Below are positions 15,625 through 29,200 of a stretch of 64,000 bases of DNA, piece by piece. The DNA is from Chrysomallon squamiferum. Lineage: Eukaryota > Animalia > Mollusca. A model generated the notes under the pieces. It saw nothing but the letters and a program-made list of their open reading frames with translations, did not search any database and had not been told where the DNA came from. The stretch lies in contig CM022679.1 in NCBI GenBank assembly GCA_012295275.1, forward strand, positions 28,272,001 through 28,336,000, written 5' to 3'. The position numbers and the translations under genes were made by a program. Positions within the stretch are counted from its first letter, which is position 1. Each line of letters begins with the position of its first letter.

Positions 15625-18600
15625 TGTATAATATATTAAAATAATGTTCATTGAAATATAATTATGAGAAAAAGTACCATCATGTAACCAATTTGATAAA
15701 CGGTTACGTTAGTAAATACGAACTTCATAGAAATATATTATTTATTTTTATTATTCACTGTTGTATGTATTATTCATTGTAACATAGTCTGAATGATATC
15801 TAAAATTATTACTCAGGTTGTTCTGTGTTTCTCACCTGTTGGTTCAACTCTTCGTGTGAGAAGTCGTAAGTTCCCTGCTGTGACAAACTGCACATCCATT
15901 AACTGGTTCCATGAGTGGCCAGAGGAAGCTCTCAAATCTGTCAGTGCACGATTTCTGGAAGATGTGGAACTTATTGATGTAAGTGACTTCACTGTGTTAA
16001 TAATTAACTAAAAGATTTCTTAAACATGTTTTGTGTAAACAAATTTGAACTAAACTTGCAGGTTCCATACATTTGATATCTGAATAGAAAGACAAAGAAG
16101 CAAAATATATTTTATAATTTATTGTATTTCAAATGTTCATAAAATTAAAAATCTTTCTCAAATGTTTTTCAGGGTTTTTTTATTTCCCATATTAATTATT
16201 GTTTTCTCAAATTTTCTCTGAACATTCCACTAAATTTTGTACTTTAGAATATTTTTGTTCTATCTTCTAATTTCTTTTTCTGATTTGCAAGTGAATATTG
16301 AAAAAACAAAAAAAAACAGAGAAAAATGATTTTTAACACCCACATGTAATAAATATAGAATATGTGTTAATGAACACTGTTTTTGTTTTCAGGCTGATAC
16401 AAGAGAATCTGTTTCAGTTTTCATGGCATATGTTCATAAATCGGTCAATAACATTAGTGTTCAGTATCTGCAAAATGAGAAGCGTTACAACTACACAACA
16501 CCAAAAAGTTTCTTAGAACAAATTGCTTTGTATCAGAATCTTTTAGAGACAAAAAACAGTGAGCTACAAGCCAAAATAATTCGTCTAGAAAATGGATTGG
16601 AAAAGCTAAGGAGTACAGCATCACAGGTTTAATTATTTTCATTTTTATTATTGCAATGCTTCTTTGAGAATGAGACCTTTTCATCTCAAAATGTAATTAT
16701 TTCATGAATTTCTTACCTTGACAGTTTAAAAATTTACAAATGCTCTCTCTATATATGGAGAATTAAAATAAGAGGGGAAAAATTATTAATTATTTTAAAT
16801 TGTATTTAAATTTGTCTGAACATTTATGCTAATAATATAGTTGGTGAACTGTTTAATTCTTTATCTTTTGAAATCCAGGTTGATGATCTCAAATCCAAAT
16901 TGGCCTCTCAGGAAGTGGAATTAGCACAGAAAAATGAGGATGCAAACAAACTCATTCAGATAGTTGGAGCAGAAACAGAAAAAGTTGGTAAAGAAAAAGC
17001 TATTGCAGATGAAGAAGAGGCCAAGGTATCTCAGATCACAATAGAAGTAGAAAAGGTGCAAAGAGATTGTGAAATAGATTTGGCAAAAGCTGAACCAGCT
17101 CTGAAAGCAGCTGAGACAGCTTTGAATACCCTGAACAAGGTACATTATTTAACAGTTAAAAAACTGTGTGTGTTTTATGTGTGTGTGTGTGTGTTTGTAA
17201 ATTTATCATTTTTAAACTGTTTGAAAAGTTCAATTAATATTGTTTTCTTAATCAGAATAACTTGACTGAGTTGAAATCCTTTGGCGCACCACCACCTGCT
17301 GTATCCAATGTCATTGCTGCTGTCAGTGTTCTGTTGGCTGCTGCTAACAAAATTCCAAAAGACAGAAGCTGGAAAGCAGCAAAAGCGACCATTATGAGCA
17401 AGGTAAAAATTGAGTTTCAATAATTTCATAATAATAATAATTAATTTTAACTTGTTTTTCCTTTTTAAAAGGAGATTCACAATGAACAATACTTATAAGT
17501 ATTTCTTAAATAATGATTTGATATTTACATTAACTTCTTTCAATAATATTATTTCAGATTGATCAGTTTTTAGACAACCTGATACATTATGACAAGGACA
17601 ACATTCATGATAATAACTTAAAGGCAATTCAACCTTACCTTGATGATCCAGAATTTGAGCCTGATTTCATCCGAGCAAAATCAATTGCTGCTGCTGGTTT
17701 GTGTTCATGGGTTGTGAACATTGTGACATATTACAGAGTGTATTGTACAGTAGAGCCCAAGAGAATGGCTCTGAAAGCTGCCACTGATGAATTGGCTGCT
17801 GCTAGAGAAAAACTGCGTGGTATCAAAGCAAAAGTAGCTGATCTGGAAGCAATTCTTGCTAAATGTCAGGCTGAATTTGAAAAAGCTACATCTGACAAAT
17901 TGCGCTGTCAACAAGAAGCTGAGACTACTGCTAAAACAATTGAGCTGGCCAATCGTTTGGTGGGTGGATTGGTATCAGAAAATGTCAGGTGGGCTGAAGC
18001 AGTCGACAAATTCCGCTTTCAAGAAAAAAGTTTGCCAGGTGATGTTTTAATGATCACTGCATTTGTATCTTATGTTGGATGTTTCGTAAAGTCGTATCGT
18101 GTGGACTTGATGGACAATCACTGGCTGCCATTTCTTAAAGGTCTGAAACATCCTATCCCAGTGTCTGAAGGTTTGGATCCCCTTACTTTACTGATTGATG
18201 ATGCTATTGTGGCAACATGGAATAACGAAGGGTTGCCAGGAGACAGGATGTCCACCGAGAATGCCACAATCCTCACAAACAGTGAGCGTTGGCCTTTAAT
18301 GATTGATCCTCAGCTTCAAGGCATAAAGTGGATCAAGAGCAAATACGGAGCTAACCTCAAAGTAGTGCGTCTTGGCCAGAAAGGTTACTTGGATACAATA
18401 GAGAATGCCATTCAGTCAGGAGACACTGTGTTAATAGAAAACATAGGTGAAGACATGGATCCAGTCCTGGACCATGTGATGGGTCGTAACACAATCAAGA
18501 AAGGTCGGGCCATTAAAATGGGTGACAAGGAAGTTGAGTATCACAAAGATTTCAGAATGATTCTTCAAACAAAACTAGCCAACCCTCACTACAAACCTGA

Positions 18601-21600
18601 AATGCAAGCTCAAACAACTTTGATTAATTTCACTGTCACTAGAGATGGTTTGGAAGATCAGCTTCTTGGAGAAGTAGTTATCAAAGAAAGGCCTGATCTT
18701 GAAAAAATGAAAAGTGACCTAACGCGTCAACAGAATGAATTCAAAATTACCTTGAAAGAACTTGAAGACAATCTTCTTGCACGTCTGTCTGCTGCTGAAG
18801 GAAACTTCCTGGGTGACTATGCACTTGTAGAAAATCTGGAAACAACAAAAAGAACAGCAGCTGAAATTGAAGTGAAGGCTGAGCAAGCCAAACAGACAGA
18901 AGTGGATATAAATGTTGCTCGAGAGAATTACCGCCCAGCTGCTGCCCGAGCATCTCTTCTGTATTTCATCATGAATGATCTTCACAAGATTAATCCTATG
19001 TATCAGTTCTCACTGAAGGTTTGTAGATTTTTATATAGCATATAACTTTGGACACTGATTAATAATTTGAACTATAATTTGATTATTATATCTGTTTCAG
19101 CATTTCTGTAAGATTGGAATAAGACTGTCATATTACTTTTAGAAAAAAGATTCAACTGGTATCACATTTTGTTATTTATTTCAGTTTTTATTTTAATTAT
19201 TATTCATATTTTTATTTCAGGCTTTTACTGTGGTATTTAACAAGGCTATTGATCGAGCAGAGCCTGCTGAAGAGGTGAAACAAAGAGTTATCAATTTGAT
19301 TGATTGCATCAGCTATTCAGTGTTCATCTACACGACCAGAGGCTTGTTTGAGAAGGATAAACTTATTTTCACCACACAGATGGCTTTCACTGTAAGTTAT
19401 ATTCCTTTAATTTTTTTCCCCATTATCCTGAAATTAAATATAAGGGAGACATATTTATTTTGAAAACAGAATTAAATTTATCATGGAATAAATAAACAAA
19501 TTAAAACCAATATTATATAATGACAGTAATAATGAACATGATGTATGCAAAGAAAGCAGAAAACAATAATTTAAAATATAAATTATTAATTCAACATATG
19601 ATTACCAATAATGCTATGTTTTGTTTAAACAAAGCCACAAAAGTATACGAGATTATAATGTAAGTGAAATAAATTCAAGAGGTCTAATGACTGATGTCTA
19701 ACATTTTGGCAGATCTTAATAAAATTTGTTAAAATTTATTGATACAATGAAAGAAGGAATTGCATAATTTTGTCTTCTTGTTTTCAGATCTTGTTGAAAA
19801 ATAATGAATTGAATCCAGTAGAAGTGGACTTCTTGCTTCGGTTCCCTTCAGCAGCAAATGTCACAACACCAGTCGATTTTCTGAGCAACTATTCCTGGGG
19901 TGGAATCAAGGTAGTACTAATATTTATCATATACATTTTGTTTTACCCACTTGGAGAGAATAAACAAAGAATAATTATTTACAAAAACAACTATTGTTAT
20001 AAATTAGAAATCTTGTATCATGCAGTGGTCTTCTTATATTAAGTGATATTCATGGAATGCACATTTAATGTACCACAATGATCTGTCAATGATCCTTCAT
20101 ACCTCAAAGGAGTATTATTCTATGTAGTACTCTCTTCTGAAAATGAGGATAGTTTATTCTTCTAGATAATAACATATTGGGAAATCTTGTATTTCCAATA
20201 AAAATATAAATATTAAATACTGATGGCTTGTGAAAATAAAAAATAAAAAAAAGTTAAAACAATACTATCAAAATTATTATGTGGCACATTATTTCTTCAC
20301 ATATGTATCTTAATGTTTTCAAAAAGAGTATAATGATTTGTTCTGTATCAAAGTTCATCACTATAGGTATTACTGTGTTGATAATTCAATCTTAAATAGG
20401 AAACATTATTTCTTTTATTTCTTTTTGCAGAGAAAAATTATTTTTAATATTATTATTATTATTTTGATCAACAGCATATCAAACAATATTAATATTATGG
20501 TTTGTATATTTATAAAACAAAATTTATTTTCTCATATCTCAGATATATGTGCATACATAGCTGATATATATAAATACATATATATCTAGATAGCTGGTGC
20601 ATACATATATATACTTACACACACATATACATATGTACAAACATTCAAATAAAGAAGCACATAAATAAATGCATAAATGATAATTGAAGTTGTTTATTGC
20701 AGTAATCATTTCCATAATGTAACATCCCAATATCATTGCCATCACACAGACACGAAACCTAACAGATATAAAATTTTAACAATTTTACATAAGATTATAC
20801 TCTTTGATATATCACAATAGCTAATATACTATTCTACAAACTTCATTTATTAATCATCTATGACAATAACATCATTTGTAATTTATCATTAATGAACTAT
20901 TTTAGCATGTATCTCATTTTTACTAAAATAAATATATTCCATTTTACAATGGTTTCTTCAAAATAACTAGTATTGTTTGTGTTGTTCTTACTGTTTTTGC
21001 CAATAATCAGTCAAATAGTATGATGAATAATTATGTATAAAATAAATGATGATGCCAATGATGTCAGAAGTAGACATAACAAATAGAATGACGTACATGT
21101 AAAAAACTCAGTTGTTTAAAGGAAAATGTAAACAGATTCAGATAAACGGGTAAAAAGAAAATAAGTAAAGCTTTTTATTTTTGCTGAACATTATGAAATT
21201 TACCTTTTGAAATGTTTTTTATGTTTTCATTTTTTGTATAGCCATTATGGTTTCTTTGTAATTTTAATTGTTTTTTTTTTTTGTTGTTTTCTTAATTCAC
21301 AACAGAACTTGGCATGTATGGATGACTTCCGAAATTTGGACAGAGACATTGAAGGATCTGCAAAAAGATGGAAGAAATTTGTTGAGAGTGAATGTCCAGA
21401 AAAAGAAAAGTTTCCACAGGAATGGAAAAATAAATCTGCTTTACAGAAACTTTGTATGATGAGAGCACTCCGCCCTGACAGGATGACTTATGCTGTGAGG
21501 TAATTAAAGATTAAATACTTTACATCTCATGCCAAGCTCAAATAGTTTAGCATTTTGATAGTTGATTTGAAGTAATAATTTCAATATATTACACTTAAAA

Positions 21601-24600
21601 TAACTGAACCATTCAAATCATCCAAAACCATTTAAAGTAAGCATTAATTTGCATACATTCATTATTATGTTTTATCCACCTGAATATTTTTATGTAGATG
21701 CTTTCATCAGTAACTATTGTTTATCAGGATGACTTACTTTAACCACTTGGAGAAATTTATGTATATACTGTATTACCATTAGAAAATACCTTGAACATTA
21801 TTTTTGTTTGCATGTTGTCAAAATCAAAATCAAAATCCTTTAGTTTATCTATACCATAAAAAGCATTCACAGCTAATGTGTTCAGTTTATTATATTAGGA
21901 GTTGTAAACAGAAGACACCCAAGTAAAACTATTTCTTAATAGAACTCTTTGATTGTTATACTACCATCTAACATTGGTTGATATCAAACATTGGTTTATT
22001 TTTTTTAACATTTTTGCTTACAGCAATTTCATTGAAGAAAAACTTGGATCTAAATATGTTGAAGGCAGAGCTGTTGAATTTGCCAAATCTTTTGAAGAAT
22101 CTGGCCCTGGCACCCCAATATTCTTCATCCTTTCACCTGGTGTTGACCCTCTGAAGGATGTAGAAGCTCTTGGAAAGAAACTGAACTTCTCTGATGAATG
22201 CAAAAACTTCCATAACATATCTCTGGGTCAGGGACAAGAAATTGTTGCCGAGCAAGCAATGGATGTGGCAGCAAAAGAAGGACACTGGGTTGTTTTACAG
22301 GTTTGATTTTTATTATCATCTGACATTTAACTAATTTACTCTTCTGACTTGTCTTTGAATTTCATTCTACAAGAATCACAAATAATCCTCAAATAATGTT
22401 TATTTATTTATAATAATGAGATAAATATTATATAGCATAGTTGATAACAACAGTGTGAGCAATATTTTTATTCAAGTTTTATGATATAGCAATAAAATAT
22501 ATATTTCAGAATGTCCATCTTGTTGCAAGGTGGTTGCCTAGCTTGGAGAAAAAACTGGAGCAGTACAGCAGTGATGCACATGATGATTACCGGGTGTTTG
22601 TCAGTGCTGAACCCTCTGGCACTCCAGAGTCACACATTATACCCCAAGGTATCCTGGAGACAGCTATCAAGATAACAAATGAGCCACCTACAGGCATGCA
22701 TGCCAATCTGCACAAAGCTCTTGACAACTTCACCCAGGACACTTTGGAAATGTGTACACGAGAGACAGAGTTCAAATCAATTTTGTTTTCCCTTTGTTAC
22801 TTCCATGCTGTTGTCTGCGAGAGGCGAAAGTTTGGACCCCAGGGATGGAACAGAGTGTATCCATACAACACAGGTGATTTATGCATCAGTGTGAATGTCT
22901 TGTACAACTACCTAGAAGCAAATCCCAAGGTTCCATGGGAAGATCTGCGATATTTGTTTGGAGAGATTATGTATGGTGGACACATCACTGATGACTGGGA
23001 TCGACGTTTGTGTAGGACATACCTGGAAGTGTATATGCACCCTGACATGGTAGGATAATAATTTTGTTATATATTTCTGATGCTACATGTGATACCTCTG
23101 ACAAAATCTCTTGCTGTATGCTGTTTAAGAAGTGCTGTAGAATCAGATCTGATAAAAAAACCCACACATTTTGGATACATTCAGATTGTATTGAATTAAT
23201 GGAGTATTACATGGCAGGATTCCATGAACTCTAAGTTTCTCTTCTGTAATAAATGTAGTGATCATTATTTCTAGAAAGTGCTTTAATATATCTTGATTAA
23301 TTCACAGCATTTGTACTTATTATTTACTTAATTGTTAAATACAGTATTTTAAAATTAGGAATTTATACGTTAAATTGTACTATTCCTAGATAAATAGAAC
23401 TAGCAGCTATAGCTTGAACATTATTCAGAGTAAATATTGTTTTTCAGTCAAAAGCAGTTTGTTTCTGAATCAGTTTGTTATTGATACTTTTAGCTTGATG
23501 CTGAGCTGTTCCTTGCCCCTGGATTTCCATTACCTCCAAACTCTGACTACAAAGGCTACCATAACTACATTGATGAATGTCTGCCACCTGAGAGTCCATA
23601 CTTATATGGTCTACATCCTAATGCTGAAATAGAATTCTTAACAACAATTTCAGAGAATCTTTTCCGTACAGTGTTCGAGATGCAGCCAAGAGATGCAGGT
23701 GCTGGTGTTGGTGCTGGAGCTAGTCGAGAAGAAAAGGTCTGTTGTCTTTGTCACATGAAACAAATGCATTTAATAAAGTGTTTTATTTAATACTTTCATA
23801 ATATTGTTGCTTTAGAGTATTTATATTTGTTGATTTTACCCAGATATTAATAATATATATGTTAGGAGGAATGTACTATATCAGAATTTAATTTCTAAAG
23901 TTACAACAGTCATGTTTTATTGGCATTTCTTAATTAATGTTTTTAAATGTGTTTTTAAAGAGCTAGAAGAAAATATTTTTTATTTTATATATTTTCATAC
24001 ATAATTGTTGATAATTATTATGAAATGTATCTTGTGTATTAATAGATGAAGAATATTTTGGATGAGATATCAGAGAAACTGCCAGATGAATTCAACATGT
24101 TGGAAATGATGGCTAAGGTGCCTGTGGAAGAAAGAACACCATACATTGTAGTTGCCTTCCAAGAATGTGAGCGTATGAATATGTTAACCAGTGAGATAAG
24201 ACGATCCCTCAAAGAGCTGGACTTGGGACTAAAGGTTTGTTTTTTAAATGTATACTACTGATTTATTTTCCTGAAATGCGTTGTTAATTTGTTCATTCTT
24301 GTTATTTCATCATCACTTTTAAAGATATTATTAAGTACACACACAGAAAATTCTAAAACAATTACAATTTTATATCCATTAATTATTCTTACTTTCTAAC
24401 ACTAGGGTGAACTGACAATCACAGCTGACATGGAAGAACTTGGCAACAGCCTTTCCCTGGATACAGTACCTATCACCTGGTCTAACCGTGCTTATGCTTC
24501 ACTGCATACACTTGGTGCCTGGTATCCTGACCTGCTTCAAAGAGTTAAAGAACTTGAGACTTGGACAGCAGACTTCCAACTTCCAGCAGCTGTGTGGCTT

Positions 24601-25023
24601 GGAGGTTTCTTCAATCCTCAGTCCTTCCTCACAGCCATTATGCAGCAGATGGCTCGCAAGAATGAATGGCCTCTGGACAGAATGTTCCTACAGTGTGATG
24701 TGACCAAGAAGACACGTGAAGATATGGCAGGACCTCCTAGAGAAGGTGCTTATGTCCATGGATTGTACATGGAAGGAGCAAGATGGGACACCCAGACAGG
24801 AATGATAGCTGAATCAAGACTCAAGGAACTTGCCCCAGCAATGCCAGTGATGTTTATAAAAGCTATACCAGTGGATCGACTTGACACAAGGAACATCTAC
24901 GAATGTCCAGTATACAAGACCAAGTCCAGAGGGCCAACTTTTGTCTGGACATTCAATCTGAAGACAAAAGAAAAAGCCAGCAAATGGGTTCTTGGAGGCG
25001 TTGCTCTTCTGTTGCAAGTCTGA
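425..25023 (+). CDS. Axonemal dynein heavy chain, outer-arm beta type (DNAH9/DNAH11/DNAH17 family), copy A; 5' part (exons 1-9) lies upstream of the window
   Basis: 42 GT-AG exons read by eye: 425-551, 774-1029, 1334-1578, 1876-2208, 2701-2955, 3156-3325, 3631-3853, 4176-4379, 4640-5041, 5356-5601, 5902-6126, 6657-6875, 7439-7591, 7996-8229, 8411-8703, 8858-9014, 9261-9523, 9685-9823, 9954-10046, 10226-10420, 10676-10886, 11175-11451, 11617-11899, 12254-12427, 12627-12932, 13235-13402, 13739-13978, 14395-14556, 14912-15535, 15817-15978, 16393-16626, 16879-17139, 17256-17402, 17558-19018, 19221-19391, 19788-19910, 21306-21499, 22024-22300, 22510-23049, 23494-23736, 24046-24234, 24406-25023 (TGA). 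Dynein motifs: [13 protein letters not shown]-loops GPAGTGKT (AAA1), GLAGTGKS (AAA2), GNAGTGKT (AAA3), GVGGSGKQ (AAA4), [26 protein letters not shown], and the beta-type C-terminus [12 protein letters not shown]. No frameshift or internal stop seen. Confidence 0.96.
4463..4553. repeat. (TAT)n microsatellite, imperfect, intron 17 of copy A
   Basis: tattattat... run with occasional ttt interruptions. Confidence 0.9.
15553..15622. repeat. (AC)~35 microsatellite just downstream of the exon-38 donor of copy A
   Basis: Perfect AC dinucleotide run. It produces the spurious HTHTHT/CVCVCV ORF segments. Confidence 0.95.
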
Positions 25024-25548
25024 AGTGACAACTAAAATAATACCATCTATATTGTTTTTTAAGCTCAAAACAATAACTAAAGACAGATATTTATTAAAAC
25101 ATATTTTATATTTTACAAAGACAATAATTTTTATAAGCTGCACTGTTCTTTTTGTTTATATTTTGTATGTCACATTTCCATTTCAGAAAGTAAAGCAATA
25201 TTGCATCACAATAGATTTAAATCACCTATTTATTTATATAATATGTGTACTTTTCTTTGGCCTGTAAATATGTACCTAAAATTAAATGAACAGCTAATTT
25301 AATCACCTCTAAGGGGCTGATGAAAAGTACATGGTTTAGCAGAGGATATTTTACATTAATCATATAACACACCATTAAACGTTGAAACAGTTTTTATTGC
25401 TAAGTGCCTATTTACTAAACAGTTTTAATAATGTGCAATTTTACATTACAAGTTATACATTAGGCCTACTGGATTACATTTTTTTTTTTTTATTTTTTTT
25501 TTTAAAGTATATTTATTTTCTCTTGCAAATTTGCTTAAATGTAAAAGT

Positions 25549-25554
25549 AATAAA
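25549..25554 (+). terminator. Candidate polyadenylation signal of copy A
   Basis: First AATAAA found after the copy A stop codon (~525 nt). An ATTAAA also occurs near 25280. The region is AT-rich, so the site used is uncertain. Confidence 0.35.
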
Positions 25555-26059
25555 GACATAATTTTTGAATTACACGGGCTATATAAGCGCCAAGTACAGG
25601 AATAGGACACACACACACAAAACACATAAACACTGGCATTTAGTCATTTTTTTGAAATTGGATACACATTTATTTTATGATTTTTGTGCTATTATTATTC
25701 TTATTATTTTAATGTTTAAAACAGACCAATTTTTTAAAATTAAATACTGAAATATATTTAATGTTATTTATATTATTAAAAAAATTTGAATGTATAAGAT
25801 AAATTCTAAATATATTTATTTTATATTGCTTGCTCTTTATTTAATTGAATAAACATTGTCAGAAATGTGTTCAGAGTTGTTTTCAGTTATTTAACAATAA
25901 ATCTCAAACAAATTGTCACGTTAGTTTTGAAATGATGTATTTTTTTTAATCTATATGTTTACAGAAAACAAGCACTGAAAAATTACTTTTTAAAAATAAA
26001 TGTCAACCATCTACGAAAAAAACCGGAAAAGAACTGAATTAAGCGTAATATTTCAAAGA

Positions 26060-26145
26060 TGTAAGTGTCGCCTATAACCAGTCTATTCGGTTACCAGACG
26101 ACTCGCCATGGAAACGGATACATTCAACCGCCATGTTTCCTAACA
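26060..26145 (+). promoter_or_regulatory. Putative promoter of copy B with clustered RFX X-box-like motifs
   Basis: CTCGCCATGGAAAC (26102-26115) is close to the X-box consensus GTNNCCATGGNAAC. Adjacent weaker matches are GTCGCCTATAAC (26067-26078) and GTTACCAGACGAC (26090-26102). The cluster is CpG-rich and lies ~160-210 nt upstream of the ATG of a ciliary gene. A forkhead-type TGTTTAC is at 25956-25962. Confidence 0.65.
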
Positions 26146-26276
26146 GTTAAGCCGCAGACGATCATCTGCAGCGTTAATGTTTGGGAAAGAAGTGAAACGG
26201 TAAAAAAGAAACACTATCGTATGGGTAGTTTTAAAAGAGATTATTTAGTGTTTTGAAATATTTACTTTTTAACAAA

Positions 26277-29200
26277 ATGGCTGCAGATTTGGAACTGAAT
26301 GACAACCGACTCGAATTCATCGCAGATTATGCGTTGAAAACGTTGAAAGTCAAACCTGATAAATGGTCAAAGATGTACAGCGTAGATGAAACTAAACAGA
26401 TATTCGCAGACTTTTTTGAAAAACCAGAAATAAGTACTCTAATTATTCTTACAAATCCTGCTGGTGCACTTTTTGTTCAGTATGATTGGCCGGCCACTTT
26501 GAAAGGAAAATCATGCTATTTCGTGAAAAAGGCTAAAGAAGCAATCACTAAAGATACTGTATTTCGGACCGCGCTTGTTTACGGTGATTTAGCAGCATCA
26601 CCTCTGGATCAGCTTTCAGCTTTTGTGGACGAGGTAGGCTGATTAAGATGTAGTGAAGAATGAATTTGTACATATTCAAAAGGACGACTAGTTATAATTA
26701 TAATAATTAAAAGCAAAAAAAAAAAAAAAAAAAAATTTTTTTGTTTATTCTGCTTTCATTAGGAATATAAATTAGGTGTATATACAAACAAAAGAAAAAT
26801 AAAAAAGACCAAAAAACAACCACAAAAAATAACTGAAACAAAAAAAAAAATTTCCCCTAAAAATATAAGACAATAATGATAACACCTCCCCACAAAAAAA
26901 TTAAAAAAAAAAATTATATATATATATATTTATTTATTTTAAATAAAATTTATAAATAAACAAAAAACCCAGAAAGAAAAACCAATCATATTCAATAAAT
27001 AAATGAAAATAATAATAATAATAATAATTATTAAAAAAAAAGCAACAAAGTATATCATGTTTTTGGAAGTGTTAGATTTCTTATTATTAAAATTAGTTTT
27101 CCTGTTAAATTAATTTATAAATATACCCATTATTACTCTTGTTACAATATTTAAACTAATAAATTTATTTTAAACATCTTCATATTTAAAATTATTTTTT
27201 TATTTTATTTTATTTATTACTAATATTTAAACTAATCAATTTATTTTAAACAACCATTCATATTTAAAATTATTTTTTTATTTTATTTTATTTATTTATA
27301 GTTTATATTACTTGTGTCTGTTTCTTTTATTTCTATATTTTTTTTTTTCTTCTAAATACTTGTTTCTTAAAAGGTGTTGGTGCCACTTCTCTCAAATGAA
27401 CGAAATCATGACAACTGGCCTAAGGTGGTATCTCAAGATGTTACCAAGCATGTTCGAACTCTCAAGAGTAAAGTGTATGTTGTGTCAGGACAAGCCAAGG
27501 GCAAAACTTTGTTACCTTTACCTGTTGGAGCAGAAATGGTTGAAGACATGTCTTCTGAAAAGTAATGTTTAACTTTTTGAAATTATAGGTTGAGAATCTT
27601 TTATCCGAAATGCTTGGGACTGGAAAAGAATTAGATCAAAATTCAAATTCCCATTATATTTCATATAAAGCTTATAGAGATAGTCTTTAGGGTATTATGT
27701 ATAATATTTTTATGCATAAAATAAAGTTAGTGAATGCAAAACAATCTGAAAATTCTATGATATCACTATTTCTGTTGCTTGGAAAATGTTTTGAATTTCC
27801 AAATTTCAGATTAGGGTTCCTTGACCTATAATTACTTATTGATATTTTGTCAAATATATAAAGAAATTTAATTTAAAACCTATTTTTAAAAAAATTTGTT
27901 GTTATTAAAAATAATAATTAATTTTTTTTTCTGAAAAGTATTGACTAATGTAATGACATTATTATGCAATTTGATAAGTTAAATGTATTTTTTATTTGTA
28001 GAGATACATATGACAGAAGTTTGGTCCATGCTATTGAATCAGTGATCATTGAATGGACACATCAGATTCGTGATGTACTCAAACGAGATTCAGCTCAGCC
28101 ATTGCTTGAAGGTATCAATCCAACACCATTTGTTGAACTGGATTTCTGGAAGAACAAAGCTACTAATCTTGAATGCATTTATGAACAGGTCAGGAATTGA
28201 TAATCCTGCTGTATGTTATTATTAAAGCTTCCCAGACATATTATTTGTCTTGTCACTAGAACCAATTTTATCATAAATAATTTATACTTATAAAGAAGTG
28301 AAAATTAAATAAAGTATTTTATAAAGATAAAATAATTATAAAGAATTCAATTTGTTCAGCTAAAATTCACCATTCATTATTTTTAATAATAAGCATGTAC
28401 TAGAACTGTTGAAGATTTAAACATTTATTTAAGTTATTTTGACAGAAATAAAAAAATAAATGGCAACATCTAATGCATCTTATTAACACTTTTGTGTTCT
28501 GCTTGATACCAAACATACTGATTAGTGTGTTACTATTTAATGACATTCAGAAATAACAGGGTTAATTTGTATTTTTGAATATTTCAGTTGAGAGATCCTA
28601 AAGTCCGCAAAATGGCAGAACTGCTAGAGAGAACAAACAGCAGCTATTTCCCATCTTTCAAGAATATCTTCAGAGATGTTGTTGCAGGTAATTTCACCAT
28701 TATATCCACTTTATTAATAGCAAATTTACAGTTGTCATTATTTTAATTAAAAAGATTGTCTGAATGTTTTTTTTTTTTTTTATATTAACTTTATTTTAAA
28801 ATTTCTTCTTTCTAAATAAGAATTTTAAAATTTTTATTATTTTTATGTAAACATATTAGAACATACTTTTACAAATTTTAGTTGTGAATACATTTTATTG
28901 CCAACTTTTTTTTATTTGACCTTTACTGTGACCTTCAGAAGATCTTCTTGGTTGTTAATTTAAATAGCAAATAGTATATTTGACATGATACACTCATTTG
29001 TAAGCAAAACCTCTTTGAAATTATGTATTATGTAAAAACATACTCACTGATGAGGCAGGCATATTTCATTTCACTTATTCAAGGACATATTGTTCTATAG
29101 TTACCAAGGGAAACAACAGCCTGACCATTTCAGCACTTCAGGTTTTCCCAGGCCAGTTTTTAATATATCAGTAGTTAGAGACTGATAATGATGTTGAGTA

